63,783 bases of DNA, filler included, from Octopus bimaculoides (GCF_001194135.2; 3 parts of 3 records of this genome joined end to end with filler, not necessarily neighbours in it), one strand, 5' to 3'. Counted from the whole stretch's first letter, positions 13,692 to 27,065 are shown. Notes: generated from the letters alone by a model not told the origin. Made by a program: numbers and translations.

Positions 13692-13985
13692 CGCATAGCT
13701 TAGTGGTTAGGGTTTTCGTCTTACGATCTTAAGGTCGTGAGTTCGATTTCCATTGTGTCCTTGAGCAAGACACTTTATTTCACGTTGCTCGAGTCCACTC
13801 ACCTAGCGAAAGTGATTTGTACCTTTATTTCACATTCTGTGTCACGCTGGATCCCCCTCAGAACTACGTGATGAGTACACGTGCCTGTGGAATGCTCAGC
13901 CACCTGCAAGCTAATTTCACTGGGTGACTGTTCCGTTGGTTGGATCAACTGGAACCCTCGTCGTCGTAACCGATGAAGTGCCAGT
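13692..13985 (+). mobile_element. tRNA-derived SINE with V/Meta-type core (GTGTCCTTGAGCAAGACACT); second copy 28175-28470 (-)
   Basis: A box TAGCTTAGTGG, B box GAGTTCGATT, core GTGTCCTTGAGCAAGACACTTTATTTCACGTTGCTC.AGTCCACTCA. Confidence 0.8.
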
Positions 13986-14324
13986 TTGTTATTGTTGTTA
14001 TATATATCTATTTACGACAGGCTTCCACACAATTTTCGCCTACCAAATTCGTTCACAAGGCATTAGTCGGTCCAGGACTACAGCAGGAGACATTTAACCA
14101 AGGTGCTGCGCTGTAGGACTGAACCCGAAATCATGTGGTTGCAAAGCGAGCATTTTAACCAAATAACCATGCCTGCATTTAAAAATTAAAATAGACACGC
14201 ACACAGTCACATGCATGCACGCGCGCGCACGCACACACACACACAAGGGATCATGTCATCTGCACTCTGGCACACTCTTGCTCTCTCTCTCTCTCTCTCT
14301 CTCTCTCATCGCAGCATTCATCTC

Positions 14325-14520
14325 CCTACCATCATCCTTGCTGTGTCCAAACCCCACCCCCACTCTTGGATCCCTAACTCACGCACAAATGACTACACCC
14401 GGTCCTTTCTTCCCGGCACGTTGACCCCCCTGGAATTCCATTCCCTGCTCATGTCTTACCCGCAGATGTTGACTTTAAAAAGTTCCAGAGGAACATTAGC
14501 TGCATCAATCTCACCAGCTT
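14325..14520 (+). mobile_element. 3' end of CR1/L2-group LINE ORF2
   Basis: HPHSWIPNSRTNDYTRSFLPGT(frameshift)..PADVDFKKFQRNIS matches the 'RT..Y..SF.P.T...WN.LP...F..FK' terminal pattern. Confidence 0.6.
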
Positions 14521-15609
14521 TGGAGGCCCAACGACGGTCATAGGCGCGCCCCTTCCTCCACACCCTCATATTCCAAAATAAGTTTTTACTTTTTTATGCA
14601 TTTATTTACTGATATTCTAAATATTTCTGACATTGTCACTCCTTAGTTATATTTCAAATTGAATCATAGTCGTCTCGTGTCTGTTGCTGTTGGTGCTGTT
14701 ACTGATGATGATGTTGTTGCTGCTGCTGCTGCTGCTGCTGCTGGTGTCTCGGTGCCCTTGTTGATATTGTTGTTGTTGTTGTTGTTTCGTTAATGATAAC
14801 ATTGTTCTTCGGGTAGTTGGTAAAAAGTCAATAAATGCTGACTCTGACAGTCAGGAAAAATAAAGAAAAGTTAATCCAAAACATTCCCCTCCTTCTTGAA
14901 GAAAATAAAATAAATAAATAGATGAATAAATAAAAGAGGAAAATGAAAATAAATGGAAATAAATGGAAAACGGATAACTTTCTTGGTAGTATTTCTGGTC
15001 CCTTGATAATTTCTGTGTGATATGAAAACTGCAAATGTCACAAGCGAGAAGCAAAGAAAGAAGGAAAGAAACAAAAAAATACACAAATGGATAAAAAGTG
15101 AAAGAAAGAAAGAAAGAAAGAGTAATTAAATACTTTTTTCTAAATGTCTTCATTGAGCCAACGACAAAAACTCAATACCGAGGGTCCCAAAGCGGCTGAT
15201 ATAGATTCACTGTCCATCCCCACCACCAGGTGTCGATGGAACAGTGCTAAATGGGCCGATAAATAAGTGGGGTTAACGCTGGGTCGGCAATTAAATTGTA
15301 GGGGTCTACGATGTTCAAGGCTCGAAACATATAGGCTTAAATGCGCGAAATTTAAACAGTTATCTTCTAGTTGTTCCAGTTGTTGAACTGCAGCCATGCT
15401 AAAGCACCGTTTTCGTCGAACAAGTGACCTCAGTACTCATTTTTAAGTTTTGAATTGTTGGTATGGCTGTTATTGTATGTACGGAATAGTTTTATAACAC
15501 ATCCATTTGACACACACACACACACACACAAACACACACACCACACACACACACATATATAATATATATAGGTGTGGGTGTGGCTATGTGGTAAGAAGCT
15601 TGCTTCCTG

Positions 15610-15905
15610 TTTCTGCTCTCTCTTTTCTTGAAGCATTTGACCACAGTGATCATTATCTGCACCAAAAGTGTCAACAGTAGGTTGATTATTGCTAAACAGA
15701 ACACTTATAGTTTGTGCACTATCATTGACTTCACTGGTGCTTGCACGGCTTGTTTCAGTTGCAGGTGATGACAAACTTTTACTTGACATTGTAAAATAGT
15801 TTGATAGTTTTTGACATTTAGAAATTTCGTTAGATTGCTTTTCCTTGAGTTGCCGTTTCTAGTATCCGCTTAAATACTTTCTTGAAGGCATTGCTATTCC
15901 TCTTT
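15610..15905 (-). mobile_element. Probable hAT transposase N-terminal remnant
   Basis: RKYLSGY*KRQLKEKQSNEISKCQKLSNYFTMSSKS.. resembles the basic N-termini of ZMYM/hAT-type transposases. Confidence 0.4.
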
Positions 15906-18900
15906 GGGCCTAGACCTCTGTGAAAAAAAATTGGGGTAATATTTTCATTAGCCACAAGACACAGATCGATCAAGATAAGGGGAAGAGGCAGGGAACGCGC
16001 TGTTTTCTGAATGGTTGAAAATTCTGAAAATTATCAAACTTTGAACACTTGTAAAATTTTTGCAAAATTTTTCTGGAATAAATGAATGACAAATTCAGAT
16101 TCAACGTTAAAAGTTACATCTATATGATACATAAAAAAAAATTTAAGATTAATTGTAAACGAAATTTTAAAGATAATTGTGACGAAACCCACAAAGATAG
16201 ACACAAAATCAGAGAAATATTCTGAAAATATCAAAAATAAGAAAAGTCATGACTAACTAAATGGTGGGCTCAATCAATACCCCACCAAATGTTGAAGTAT
16301 TTTTCTGGGACGAAATAGCTGTCCCACCATTCGTTATTCAAGTCACATTAAAAAAATAAAAATCTCTCCACCTCACCCCCTTATATCGTATCTCTCATAA
16401 AATGTTGTTTTTGTTTTATTTTCATTTATGTGAAATTATTTAAAAAATTCAAGAGACTTGGCTTGTGGAGAGACCGTCTTAACTTAACTTCATGCGCTGG
16501 TTGAAAATCACCTAACAAAATTTCTGGGGTTGATACATTCGACTAAAAATTCTTCAAGGCGGTGCCCTAGTATTACTGCAGTCTAAAGATTTAACAAGTA
16601 CAAAGGAAAACAAATACACAAAAAAACGAAATATATCACTAAGGTGGCTTTGACTTGACTTTAAAACAATTCTGGGTTCCATACAGTCGTCAAAAAAATA
16701 TTACAAGATGGTGCCCCAGTATGGTCGCAGTCTTATAACTGCAATAAGTAAAAAGGAAAAAAATTCTGGGGTCGACACGTTCAACTAAAATTCTTCAAGG
16801 CAGTACCCCAGTATGGCCACCGACTAATGACTGAAGCAAGTAAAAGGTGAAAAAACGAAAAACAACAGAAAAATATAACCGGGTTTTGTCCACTTTCACA
16901 CTTTAACTATGGGAGTTTTGTCGGAGGAGGTTTTGTCCTAGGATAACATGCTCCGTTTTCCAGTTAAGATTGGAGATGTTTGTTTTTAGAAATATTCAGT
17001 TTGTAATGTGCTGTTTTGTTTTTGGTTAAATCTTAACTTTGTGCTATAAGTTTCTTATTTTGAGAAATATTTAATTTGTAATGTGCTGTTTATCGCATTA
17101 AATGCATATTGACTACTTCAAACTATACGTGTTGTTTACTCGTTATTATTTTTTGTCATTGACGTGGTTGTGAAGTGTGCTAAAAATAACAGGCAAATAG
17201 GCCTTAAATCACGCAACCCTACAATTTATTTATTTTATTTTTTGTTTTTTGCATAATCGTATGAAACCCCGCGTGTAGAATACAAATTCGTAAAAGTTGT
17301 CTGGAAATTCCCAAAAATATATACAATGTTATGAGAGGTTTGTATGGCTTTCTTAAAGCCCTGGTCCCAGTTATTTTCGTAGTTTTGCCACGCTGTAAGA
17401 ATTTTTATGCATGACATAATACATTCATTTCTACTTAACCTGATATAATTCCCCTCAAATTTAATTTCACTTGAAACAAGTTGCTTCTAGGACAAACTGT
17501 TGTGATATGGTACACAAAAGGGAAAACAAGTGATATTTTTTTTTATCCCATTATACCTTTCTTCAATAAAAAATATTCCTTTTATACATTTTAAACGACT
17601 GAAAATGTCTCTTTCTTTTCAAAATTCTAATTTCGTTTTTCACACATGCCTTTGTCGTGTTTGGCTTTTTTCTTCATTGTGAAAATACTATAAAGGAGAG
17701 AAAAGAGATTTTTAAAAACATAAGAGTTGAAAATGTCTTCAAACCAGTAATTAAAACAAAAATAACGAGAAATAAGAAATTNNNNNNNNNNGGGGGTTCA
17801 AATATCAATTAGAAGCAGCGCTAGTGAGGTAAGCATTTTCGACTACACTTTCTCGTGCACGCAACATGCTTGTTCGCTGGTAGGCTGCGTGTAGCCCAGT
17901 GGAGATGACTCCTTCACAGTGCCAGGTGTTAAAACACCAGCAATTGGTTTTTACTCTATTTGTATACAGTCACAGGCTGACGATTCAGTTCGTCTCCGAT
18001 TCGGTTCGAGTACTTGGTGTTGATAATCCACAAAAATGGTGAAACATCGATGTCCATCGCTCCTGAATGGAAGTTGGAGTGAGTTGCCTCACCTGTTTAT
18101 GCTAAACTGCAGCGTAACGGCGAACAAGCAGAGCACATGCAGGAGTATGCTTAGTCGATATTATATATATATGTGTGTGTGGAGTGTGTGTGTGTTTGTA
18201 TGTGTGTGTGTATGTGTATGTGTGTATGTGTTTACGTTCCCATAACTTAGTCACTCGGCAATAGAAACCGATAAAATAAGTACCAAACTTAAAAGTGTGT
18301 ACTGAGGTCACTTGTTCGACCAAGACGGTGCTTCAGCATGGCTGCAGTCCAACAACTGGAACAAATAGACGATAACTGTTTAAATTTCGCGCATTTAAAC
18401 CTATATGTTTTGAGCCTTGAACATTGTAGACCCCTACAATTTAAAGCTCTTCTATTTTCTTAGTCTTTAACTGGGAGATAAACTCAATTATTACATCTTA
18501 TTTTCATTTTCTTTGCCTTCTAATGTTTTGATCGTGAATTTTGAACGCACACGAGTGGATTTGGTAGATGGAAACTGAAAGTAGCCCGTCGTGTGTGTGT
18601 GTGTGTGTGTCTGACTGTGTGTGAGTGTGTCACAACCAATTGACAACCGGTGTTGGTGTATTTACGTCCCAGTAAACAAGCCGTTCGGCAAAAGAGAACA
18701 ATATAGAATAAATGCCGGACTTTAAGAAAATAACTACTGGAGGCGATCCGCTCGACTAAAATTCAAGGTGGTGCCCCAGCATGACCGCAATCTAATGACT
18801 GGAACAAATAAAAGAAGATAACAGAAGATACATACAAATATACATATATACATACATGCATACATACATACATACATACAAATATGCATATATATAATTA

Positions 18901-19379
18901 TCAGTTTTACTTTTGGTCATGCGTGTCTAAGTCATATTATATTTCTATACACAAATTGGCTAGTCGAATGAAAAATTTTTTTTAATATTTAAATTGGTAT
19001 TTTATTGTAATGTAATTATAATTTATATAATTTAAGTTTATTACGACTTTGATGAGATTAGTTTACGTGTTATTATATTCGTATTAAAGAAATTTTGAAT
19101 TAATATATATTTTGCCCATTAAATTTACAGCATGTTAGTTCTCGGTACTAAGAAGAATAAACGTTAGCAATTTATAGAAATATTTGAAATTTGATTTTAT
19201 TCCTCTGATCAATAATGAGACAACACCCATTTGTTTGTTAAGTGAAAAGACATTTCAAATTGATGCGATGAAGCCCTGAAAAAAAGAAAAGCTACGTTGA
19301 GATGAGTTTAGAAAAGAAAAACAAAGGTTAAAGACTTGGAAACAGCTTGTTAGTGCAAGTGCAGCCAGTCGAAAACTTT

Positions 19380-20905
19380 ACGGACCGGATGTCAGTAGGT
19401 TTCAGGGGCTATCAAGAGAGAATGCACACCTTTTCGGGGCCTTCCTATCGACATTTTTACAGCACACCTGCCTCCTCGCTGATGTAAGACCCCACCTACG
19501 ACTTCGACTGATTAGTATTCGACCTCAAGTCAATTTTGAGATCATCACTTTTCAGCCTATCCAATGTCTAGCCCTCCCAACTGTCGCTTGGATCTCCTTC
19601 AAGATGATGTTTACTTGCCAATGTTGGACACCAATTGATAGCAGCCACTGTTTCAGTCTATTCCCAATAAAACCTTTTCATCCATCTTCTACAGGAAAGT
19701 GTACTGCACTCCAACTAGCATCTATACTGTCTTCCGGTAGCGTCTGGTAACGCTCGTCTTTCCTAACTGAGGATGCATCTAAATTGTCTTCGTGTGGAAC
19801 AGTTAATTCGACGAGGTGTATCATCATATGTTCCTCACACATTACTGTCATTTCCGACTTTTTCCTTGTTGGTATTGGAAAGAGGAGTTCACACCCTACA
19901 AGATCTGCTGTTATCTCTCATACACATCCCAATTTGCCTCATTTACAATTTTCTTCTGTTTTGGGTTACCATTTTTACCATGACGGACAAACGTGATAAA
20001 CCATTTACTGCCATCCTTCTGTGGTTTCTAGTCACCATTGATTGCTTCCATCTGCTTATTGGCGGCACTACAGAAAATTTTGAGGAGCCCATTGTGCATC
20101 CATACCTTTCCAACGCCATTGAGCTGTTAGATAGAATATGCTTTAGCGTAGCAACTTTTCTGCATCTATATATGTCGTCATTCGTTATTTTCTATCTCAT
20201 TGCGTGGAGATGCCAGTACATCATAGGTGGTTTAAAGAAGGAAACTCAACTGCGATGTGCTCCACCTACCAGATCTCATCTCAACCAACCTTCTTTTCAA
20301 TAGCCTTTTCTTTCCACTAGGTCATCTGACCTTACTGAGAGCATTGAACCAAATGCATCCCTTTTCTCTGCTTCTCTAGCTTTAACAAATCTGCTGACGG
20401 CAGCCCTGCGTTTCCTCTGTGTCTTCATTGAAAATTGTTTAAATAGATTACACCAATACCCTTCCGGTCACTTTGAATTGCTCCCACTATATCTCGGTGT
20501 TCCAGTGATACTATTGTGCTATCCCTTTCTTTCTCTGCGCACCTTTTTTATGCACTTTTGACATCTGGCTCATTATCCCGTATTTCTACATCTTCGGACT
20601 CAGTGTCATGACCGTTCGCACTTTTCCGTCTTCGTAGATCTCAATAATTGATGTTACAGGTAATTGAAGAGACTCTCGTTTCCGATTTAGCTCTGAAGTG
20701 TTTATGGCTCCAGGCAGACCAAGCCGAATCTTAATATAAACACTGCACTTCTGCTCTATGCGCTCTACTCTCAACAATGCTATTTTATATTTGTGCAGGG
20801 AATCAAGTAATAGGAGGATATAGACCACACTGCAAGTACCAATTTTGCATTTGTCCGAGAGTTTTGACCTGTCTGTGGCTTTAAACCCATCCTCGGTTTA
20901 TGCCG
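19380..20905 (-). mobile_element. 5'-truncated, decayed non-LTR retrotransposon with restriction-like endonuclease (HERO/R2-group-like)
   Basis: Minus translation: IHLVELTVPHEDNLDASSVRKDERYQ..HFPVEDG*KGF (RLE motif), upstream RKVATLKHILSN (decayed CCHC knuckle region) and RLGLPGAINTSEL..LQLPVTSIIE (post-RT region). Confidence 0.8.
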
Positions 20906-22279
20906 TGGCCTCAACAACGAGTTAGCATATCATCGTCCTAAGCTTTTATTACAGGTTCATCTTTAACCGTTAGCATGATTTCTCCTGTTATTTTAAAAAT
21001 CGACATATTTAAGACACTGAATATACCAATGTTCGTAATAATATTACTTCAATTTTTGTTTTAAACAGCGCATCGACTTTGATAGGTATAACACTTTTCA
21101 AACGAAAAAGTTTCTAATGTGTGTGTATATAAATGTGTGTGTGTGTGTGTGTGTGTGTGTGGTCTGTGTCTTTGTACTTGTCCCCCGCTACTGCTTGACA
21201 ATCGGTGTTGGTGTTTACGTTCTATAACTTAGCAGTTCGGTAGAAGAAACCGATAGGTAAGTATCAGGCTTTAAAAAAAAGTACTGGGGTCGATTCATTC
21301 GACTAAAAATTATTCAAGGCGGTGCCCCAGCATTGCGAAGTGTAATGGCTAAAATAAGTAAAAGATAAAAAATAATTTATACAGCTTACACTGTATTTTA
21401 TACAATGTCTTGGGTGCGGGGAGCCCTTCGGTGGAGAACATTAAGCTTAGAAAGTATATTTTAAGTTTATAAATGAGATAAAAGCAAACCCACATCTCTT
21501 TTTTTTTTTTTCATTCATATTTGAATGCAAAAAGGCGGCGAGCTGGCAGAATCGTTAGCACACCAGGCAAAATGCTTAGCGGCGTTTCGTCTCTCTTTAC
21601 GTTCCGAGTTCAAGTTCCTTTCGGAGTAGATAAAATAAGTACCAGTGATAACTGGAGTCGATATAATCGGCTTATCCCCTCCCCCAAAATTGCTGGTCTT
21701 GCGCCAAAATTGGAAATCATTATTATTTCAATGCAACGAAGAGAGCTTCAAAGAGCTTCTTTTGCACTCACTGAAGTAAGGTACTTATCTCGAAGAGATA
21801 GTTTACAAAAATTTGTTGAGCTTTTTGATTCGGCAGTGAAATTCACAAAACATGACGATTCATCACCGGGTAATGAGCTACGACTGTGCAAAAAATCACT
21901 TATTTTATTTAGCAGTCTTATATTCATATTTTAATTAAGTGCAGAAACGGGAAAGATATTAATATTATTACAATGGGACGATAGAGTAATTCAAGCTCTA
22001 GATCTCATTTTTGGAAAGCAAATAAATATTGCTCTCAAGTTTTAACACAAGGTCAACGAATACGGATGAGGTGATAAGACGATTACATCCACCCCAGTCT
22101 TCAACTATTACTCATTTTATCGGCCCCGAATGGATGAAAGGCAAAGTCAACCTCGGTGGAATTTGAACTCAGAAAGTAAAGACGGACAAAATAGTAATAA
22201 GCATTTTGCCCAGCGTGCTAACTATTTTTCCCGCTCGCCGCCTTAAAGCAAATACATATTAATTTGTGTAATTCTTCTT

Positions 22280-22760
22280 TAGGTCGCAGGAATTTTCAAT
22301 ATTTCTCAAACCTGTCACAAATAGAACAAGAAGCAGATGAAAAAATTCAGATACTCATCTATACAACTCATCCTGAAAACACAAAGGAAGATTTTAGAGT
22401 TTGATTTTATACTGTTGAGAATGTGCAGGATTCTGTTTCTTCATTCTATGTTGGAATGAGAAATGTGGATATAGAAACTAACTTTGTGTAATTGACTGAA
22501 ATAATCATGAATCTTGAAGCAAAGGCATTTAAGTAATGGGCAATGGAAACACCGCACCCAAATATCCAAATCTAATGGCAGCTGCTGACATGTTTTATTT
22601 ACATTTCCAAGTATTTGTTTAGTTAAAATTAGATATAGTCATAGAAATGCAGAAACACAAGTAAACAAACAATGACCTAAGACTCAAACTCTTAATATTG
22701 CGAGCGATCATCAAGCCTATCCATCTTATAAAGAATTTAAACGTCTTCAATTAAAAGGAT
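22280..22760 (+). mobile_element. hAT (Buster/ZBED5-like) transposase C-terminal remnant
   Basis: Frameshifted PKYPNLMAAADM..FTFPSICLV..NDLRLKL resembles the hAT dimerisation domain. Confidence 0.5.
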
Positions 22761-23689
22761 TTTTTTCTTCATACTTTTTATTTATCTCCACTGTATGAGT
22801 AAAGTAACCAAGTTGATTGTATTTTTTCTCGATAGTTCTTGGCATTATATATTTTCTTAATATAGCGCATTATATATTTTCTTAATATAGCTCCTGGTGA
22901 TATAGATTTATTTTTTATATTTTGTAAGAGAACTAGTTGAAAAACCAGTGTTGAAAAACATTTTTCTTAATCTGAAAACATTTCCAAAATGGATGCATGT
23001 CCCACTAGCTGGTTCAACAAGAACGTACAAGTGAGCTGTAGCTGTTGATGTGAAGCCCCACTTGTTGCCGAAACACAGAGTTTTTCCCAGTAAACCTAGA
23101 GAAAGGCAAAATAATAGATTACAAAAGAGATACTGAGAACTACTTCAAAAGTTGCCTGCACCATACAACAGTTCATTCTGTCATCTCCACTTGGAAAACA
23201 TATTTCAAGGTTGAGACACAAAGGAGAGACGACGTATTACATGGGCACGGATACTTTGAAACGTTGATATAACTGATTGTATTATAAGTCTTATTGAGAT
23301 TACTTTAACAGACCTAAGTGCACATGTAGGAAACAAAATCAAAAATTTTTGTTAAACAGTCAGCTTGTTTCTTCTGGGCGTGAATTAGACTTAGAAACTG
23401 ATTGAAATATAAATGAATGACGAGTGAGCTTTCTTGATTTTATGAAGGAATTAATGATGGTTCATATATTTCCCAAATGAAAAGGCTTCCAGCTTGTCAG
23501 TAATAAATTGGCTGATCCCGCCCATATCGCATCGCTGTGTATTTCTGTTCATAGCGCAACAGTTTTAGAAAGAGGTTAACTGGGCTATTTAGATGACAAC
23601 AACTGGTAGAACACTAGAAAATATTCAATGCGATGTTCAATTATTTCTCTTTATATTCTGAATTAAAATCCTGTTGGAAATGGCCAAAT

Positions 23690-23857
23690 TGCAATGTATT
23701 GAGTTACTTCCCTTTAATTGTAATATTGTTTTATTTAACCACCAATACTTAGAATATTCAGTGAGAATCTAACGATGGCTGTCTGACTAAATGAACCACA
23801 CGTAAAGTCTTCTCTTATATCATCACGTTATCTATGTTGTTATAATATGACTTAACT
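23690..23857 (+). repeat. 5' LTR of Gypsy relic (about 170 bp)
   Basis: Starts TGCAATGTATTGAGTTACTTCCCTTTAA; aligns with 26615-26794. Confidence 0.75.
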
Positions 23858-25873
23858 TAGTATCAGAATCGGATAAACTCTTGTCACAAAAGAAAGAGTG
23901 AACAAATACAAAGATGAGTATTATTCTCACCTTTAATTATTTTCTGAACTTTGTTTATGCGTGGAAAAGTCTACGTGCAGGCTATTTTAAAGTGAAGTAC
24001 TTTCAGAGGATAAGATCCCCGCTAAGTAAGATGAGCCTGAAGCCACCAAAAAACCTGAGCTTTGACGAAAATTTAGATGAAAACAAGGTACGGGAACAAC
24101 AACAGGACTTTTATTCGCTTGCCACAGGAGCTACAGGGGTAGGTGACGAAAAAATGCAGATCGCAATTTATCTCCACTTCGCAGATTCCCAAACACAACA
24201 GGTATTTAACTGTTTTGAATTTGAAAACCCAGAGGATAAAGACAAAATTATCGCTCTTAAAACGAAATTCCGAGAGTATTGTAGCCCACGAAAAAACATC
24301 ACCTATTTCCATTATATATTTTTTAGTGGAAATCAGGTACCATCGGAGAAATTTCTGACATTTTGCTGAAGCTAAAGATTGTAAAATCGGAGATTTACAG
24401 GAGGATTTAATCAGAAATAGGATCGTATGTGGAATACAATATAAGGATCCTGGAGCACATGTAAATATTCCGAACAGCACATGTAAATATTCCGAACAGT
24501 ACACTACGCTCATTTTACACAGGTCCACTTCAGTCAACGTATGTCCGACTGGAAAGCTACAGACAATATACTATCCAAGCAGAAGGTCAGGGTGAACTTA
24601 TATGCTCAATCAATAATAAAGGCTTTCAAGTTGTCGACTTGAAAACAACGCCTATCCAGAGTAAAAATGTGTAAGACTATCACTAGATTGTTCGGATCTA
24701 AGTAAAGGCCTTAAAAGTTCAACACTCAGTTAAGTGAAACTCAAATGCAACACTTGTCGTACAATCTTCAGGAGGAATTCCATAAGCTATTCGCGATATA
24801 ATGAAAACCGAACTTGATCATATGGAATATCTTGGCATTATTGCCAAACAGCGCGTGCCTACAGCATGGGTCAACTCAATGTTCATAGTACAAAAAGGTG
24901 ACAGGATAAAGATTTGCATCGATCCAACTGAAGTCAAAAAAGTTATTATGCGTGAACATTACCCAACTGTTACGGTTGAAGAAGTTGCTACACAAATAGG
25001 CAAAACTACTAAGTTCACTAAACTAAATGCATACGCAGTTACTGACATACAGAACTAAACAAAGAAAGCTTAAAGTTGTGTACGATGAATACTGTACTTG
25101 GCAGGTATCACTTCCTGCATTTGCCATTTGGTTTGCTCAATTCAGGAGATATAATGCAACAAGCTATGGAAAAATATTCTTGAAGAAATCGATTGAAGCC
25201 AGTCCTAAACCGCGTTGGTCAAGCAGGATTTAAACTAAACCCTGGCAAAACAGAAATCGGCAAAGAAGTTCGTTACGTTGGTCACATACACGCCATGGTA
25301 TTAAACCAAATCCAGAGTGTGTACGTGCAATTGTTAAGATTCCACAACCCACAAACAAACAAGACGTACATTGATTCTTAGGAATGGTAGCGTATGTCAT
25401 AAAATTTATTTCTAATTTATTTAACGTTGCAACACTATTACATGAGCTTACCAAAGGTAACAGCGAATTTGCATGGAATGAAACATACGGAAGAGTTTTG
25501 ATAAATTAAAAGAACTGATAACAAAGGCCTCAGTTCAAAAGTATTATTGATGTCAAGAAACCAATCATATTTTCTGTAGAAATCTCAAAAGATAGCCTTG
25601 GAGAATGCATATTAGAAGATGATCATCCTGTCGCATATGCATCACGTGCATTAGCAACAACTCAGAAAGACTTACTTGCAGCAAGAAAAGGAATTGCTAG
25701 CCATAGTTTTTGAATGTAGACGGTTCCATTACAATGTGAACGGAAAGACAGTATTAACTGAAAATGATCACAAACTATAAGTATTGATTTTTCAGAAAAC
25801 TCTTTGTTTACTCACACCACAAGTACAGAAAATGATTTTACACCTGCAAAGATATGATCTCAGAAAAGATTTA

Positions 25874-25907
<34 letters not shown>

Positions 25908-26614
25908 TCCCTATCTATCTCTCTATTTCTCTTTCTCTGTCTCTCTTCCTCTTTCTCTCTGTCGAGCACACCTGAATGAAGATGATAATTCTCTCTATAA
26001 AGAATTGCTAGATGTTAAAGTCATCCACACACTTCCGATGTCACCAACGAAATTGGGATAGTTTCAGACAGCAACCAGCCAAAATATCAGTCTGACAGCA
26101 CTGTGTCAAAGCCAAGGGTGGAATCCCCGCCATCATTGAAACAATATGGACAGTATGTAACGCACATACCCTTTGTTTTCATGACTGCCTGTCTATTGTT
26201 CTGTTTACATGGCACACACACAGACACACATGTTAACCCATCAATAACTGTTCTCTCTAAACCTTCTACTCGGTTGTGTTTCTCTCTTTCCTCTCTGGTA
26301 CATATATGTATTATTCCAGCCTTCTGAACTGAGTCGTTATTAAATAGTTTCCCCACATGAGATCAGGACCATCTAAAATAGTCAATGCAGGCGGAGAACA
26401 ACAGCACATTGGTCTCATGAACTAAATTGTTAAGAACCAACTGAAGCCGACTCAGTTGAACAGCCAATTCTAAATGTGTTACATCCAAAAGCTGGCAAAA
26501 CAATAACAAAAATGATTAACAAAACGATAAGATACCAGAATAATGCCTTAAGACTATACTCCTGTGATTATTCATGTGTAAAATAAGTTTTATGTCCTAC
26601 GTCTTAAGATGAGA

Positions 26615-26794
26615 TGTAATGTGTTGAGTTACTTCCCTTTAACTTTAATATTGTTATTTGTTGTTTTATTCAACCAACCAATGGTTAATAAAATAGTCGG
26701 TGCAAGTCTAAATAGTTGACTGACTAAACGAACCACAGCTGAAGTCTTCTCTTATTTTATCTCTATTTCTATATTGTTTTAACACAACATAACA
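26615..26794 (+). repeat. 3' LTR of Gypsy relic (about 180 bp)
   Basis: Starts TGTAATGTGTTGAGTTACTTCCCTTTAA and ends ..AACA. Confidence 0.75.
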
Positions 26795-26851
26795 GTTAGC
26801 ATTCACGCGTCAGGAGTTGATAAAATATATCATTATTTAAGGTTAGCCGAG

Positions 26852-27065
26852 GGCGGCGAGCTGGCAGAATCGTTAGCACGCTGGACGAAATGCTTAGCGG
26901 TATTTCGCCCGTCGCTACGTTCTGAGTTCGAATTCCACCGAGGTCCACTTTGCCTTTCATCCTTTCGAGGTCGATAAATTAAGTACCAGTTACGCACTGG
27001 GGTCGACGTAATCGATTATCCCTCTCCCTAAAATTTCAGGCTTTGTGCCTATAGTAGAAAGGGTT
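26852..27065 (+). mobile_element. SINE family B (tRNA-like head plus Deu/Nin-type core, (ATT)n tail)
   Basis: GGCGGCGAGCTGGCAGAATCGTTAGC..GAGTTCGAATTCC..TTTGCCTTTCATCCTTTCGAGGTCGATAAATTAAGTACCAG. Copies at 21534-21725, 50336-50600 and 53120-53290 (+); 12080-12300, 22075-22245 and 28500-28750 (-). Confidence 0.85.

Larger units (their letters stand above)
23690..26794 (+). mobile_element. Decayed, internally deleted Ty3/Gypsy LTR retrotransposon
   Basis: gag-like LKPPKNLSFDENL..KFREYCSPRKNITY and IRNRIVCGI (24030-24440); RT WVNSMFIVQK..ICIDP..REHYP (24801 onward); RNase H PVAYASRAL and ELLAIVF (25560-25860); diverged direct LTRs; PBS-like TAGTATCAGAA at 23858; purine tract before the 3' LTR. 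Confidence 0.9.

Noticed and set aside
17792-18140. GC-richer stretch after a gap, possibly a mariner 5' end or an ncRNA
   Set aside because: No matching TIR, transposase frame or recognisable RNA family motif.
26852-26940. tRNA-like heads with A and B boxes (several families)
   Set aside because: No complete cloverleaf; they continue into SINE bodies, so they are not tRNA genes.
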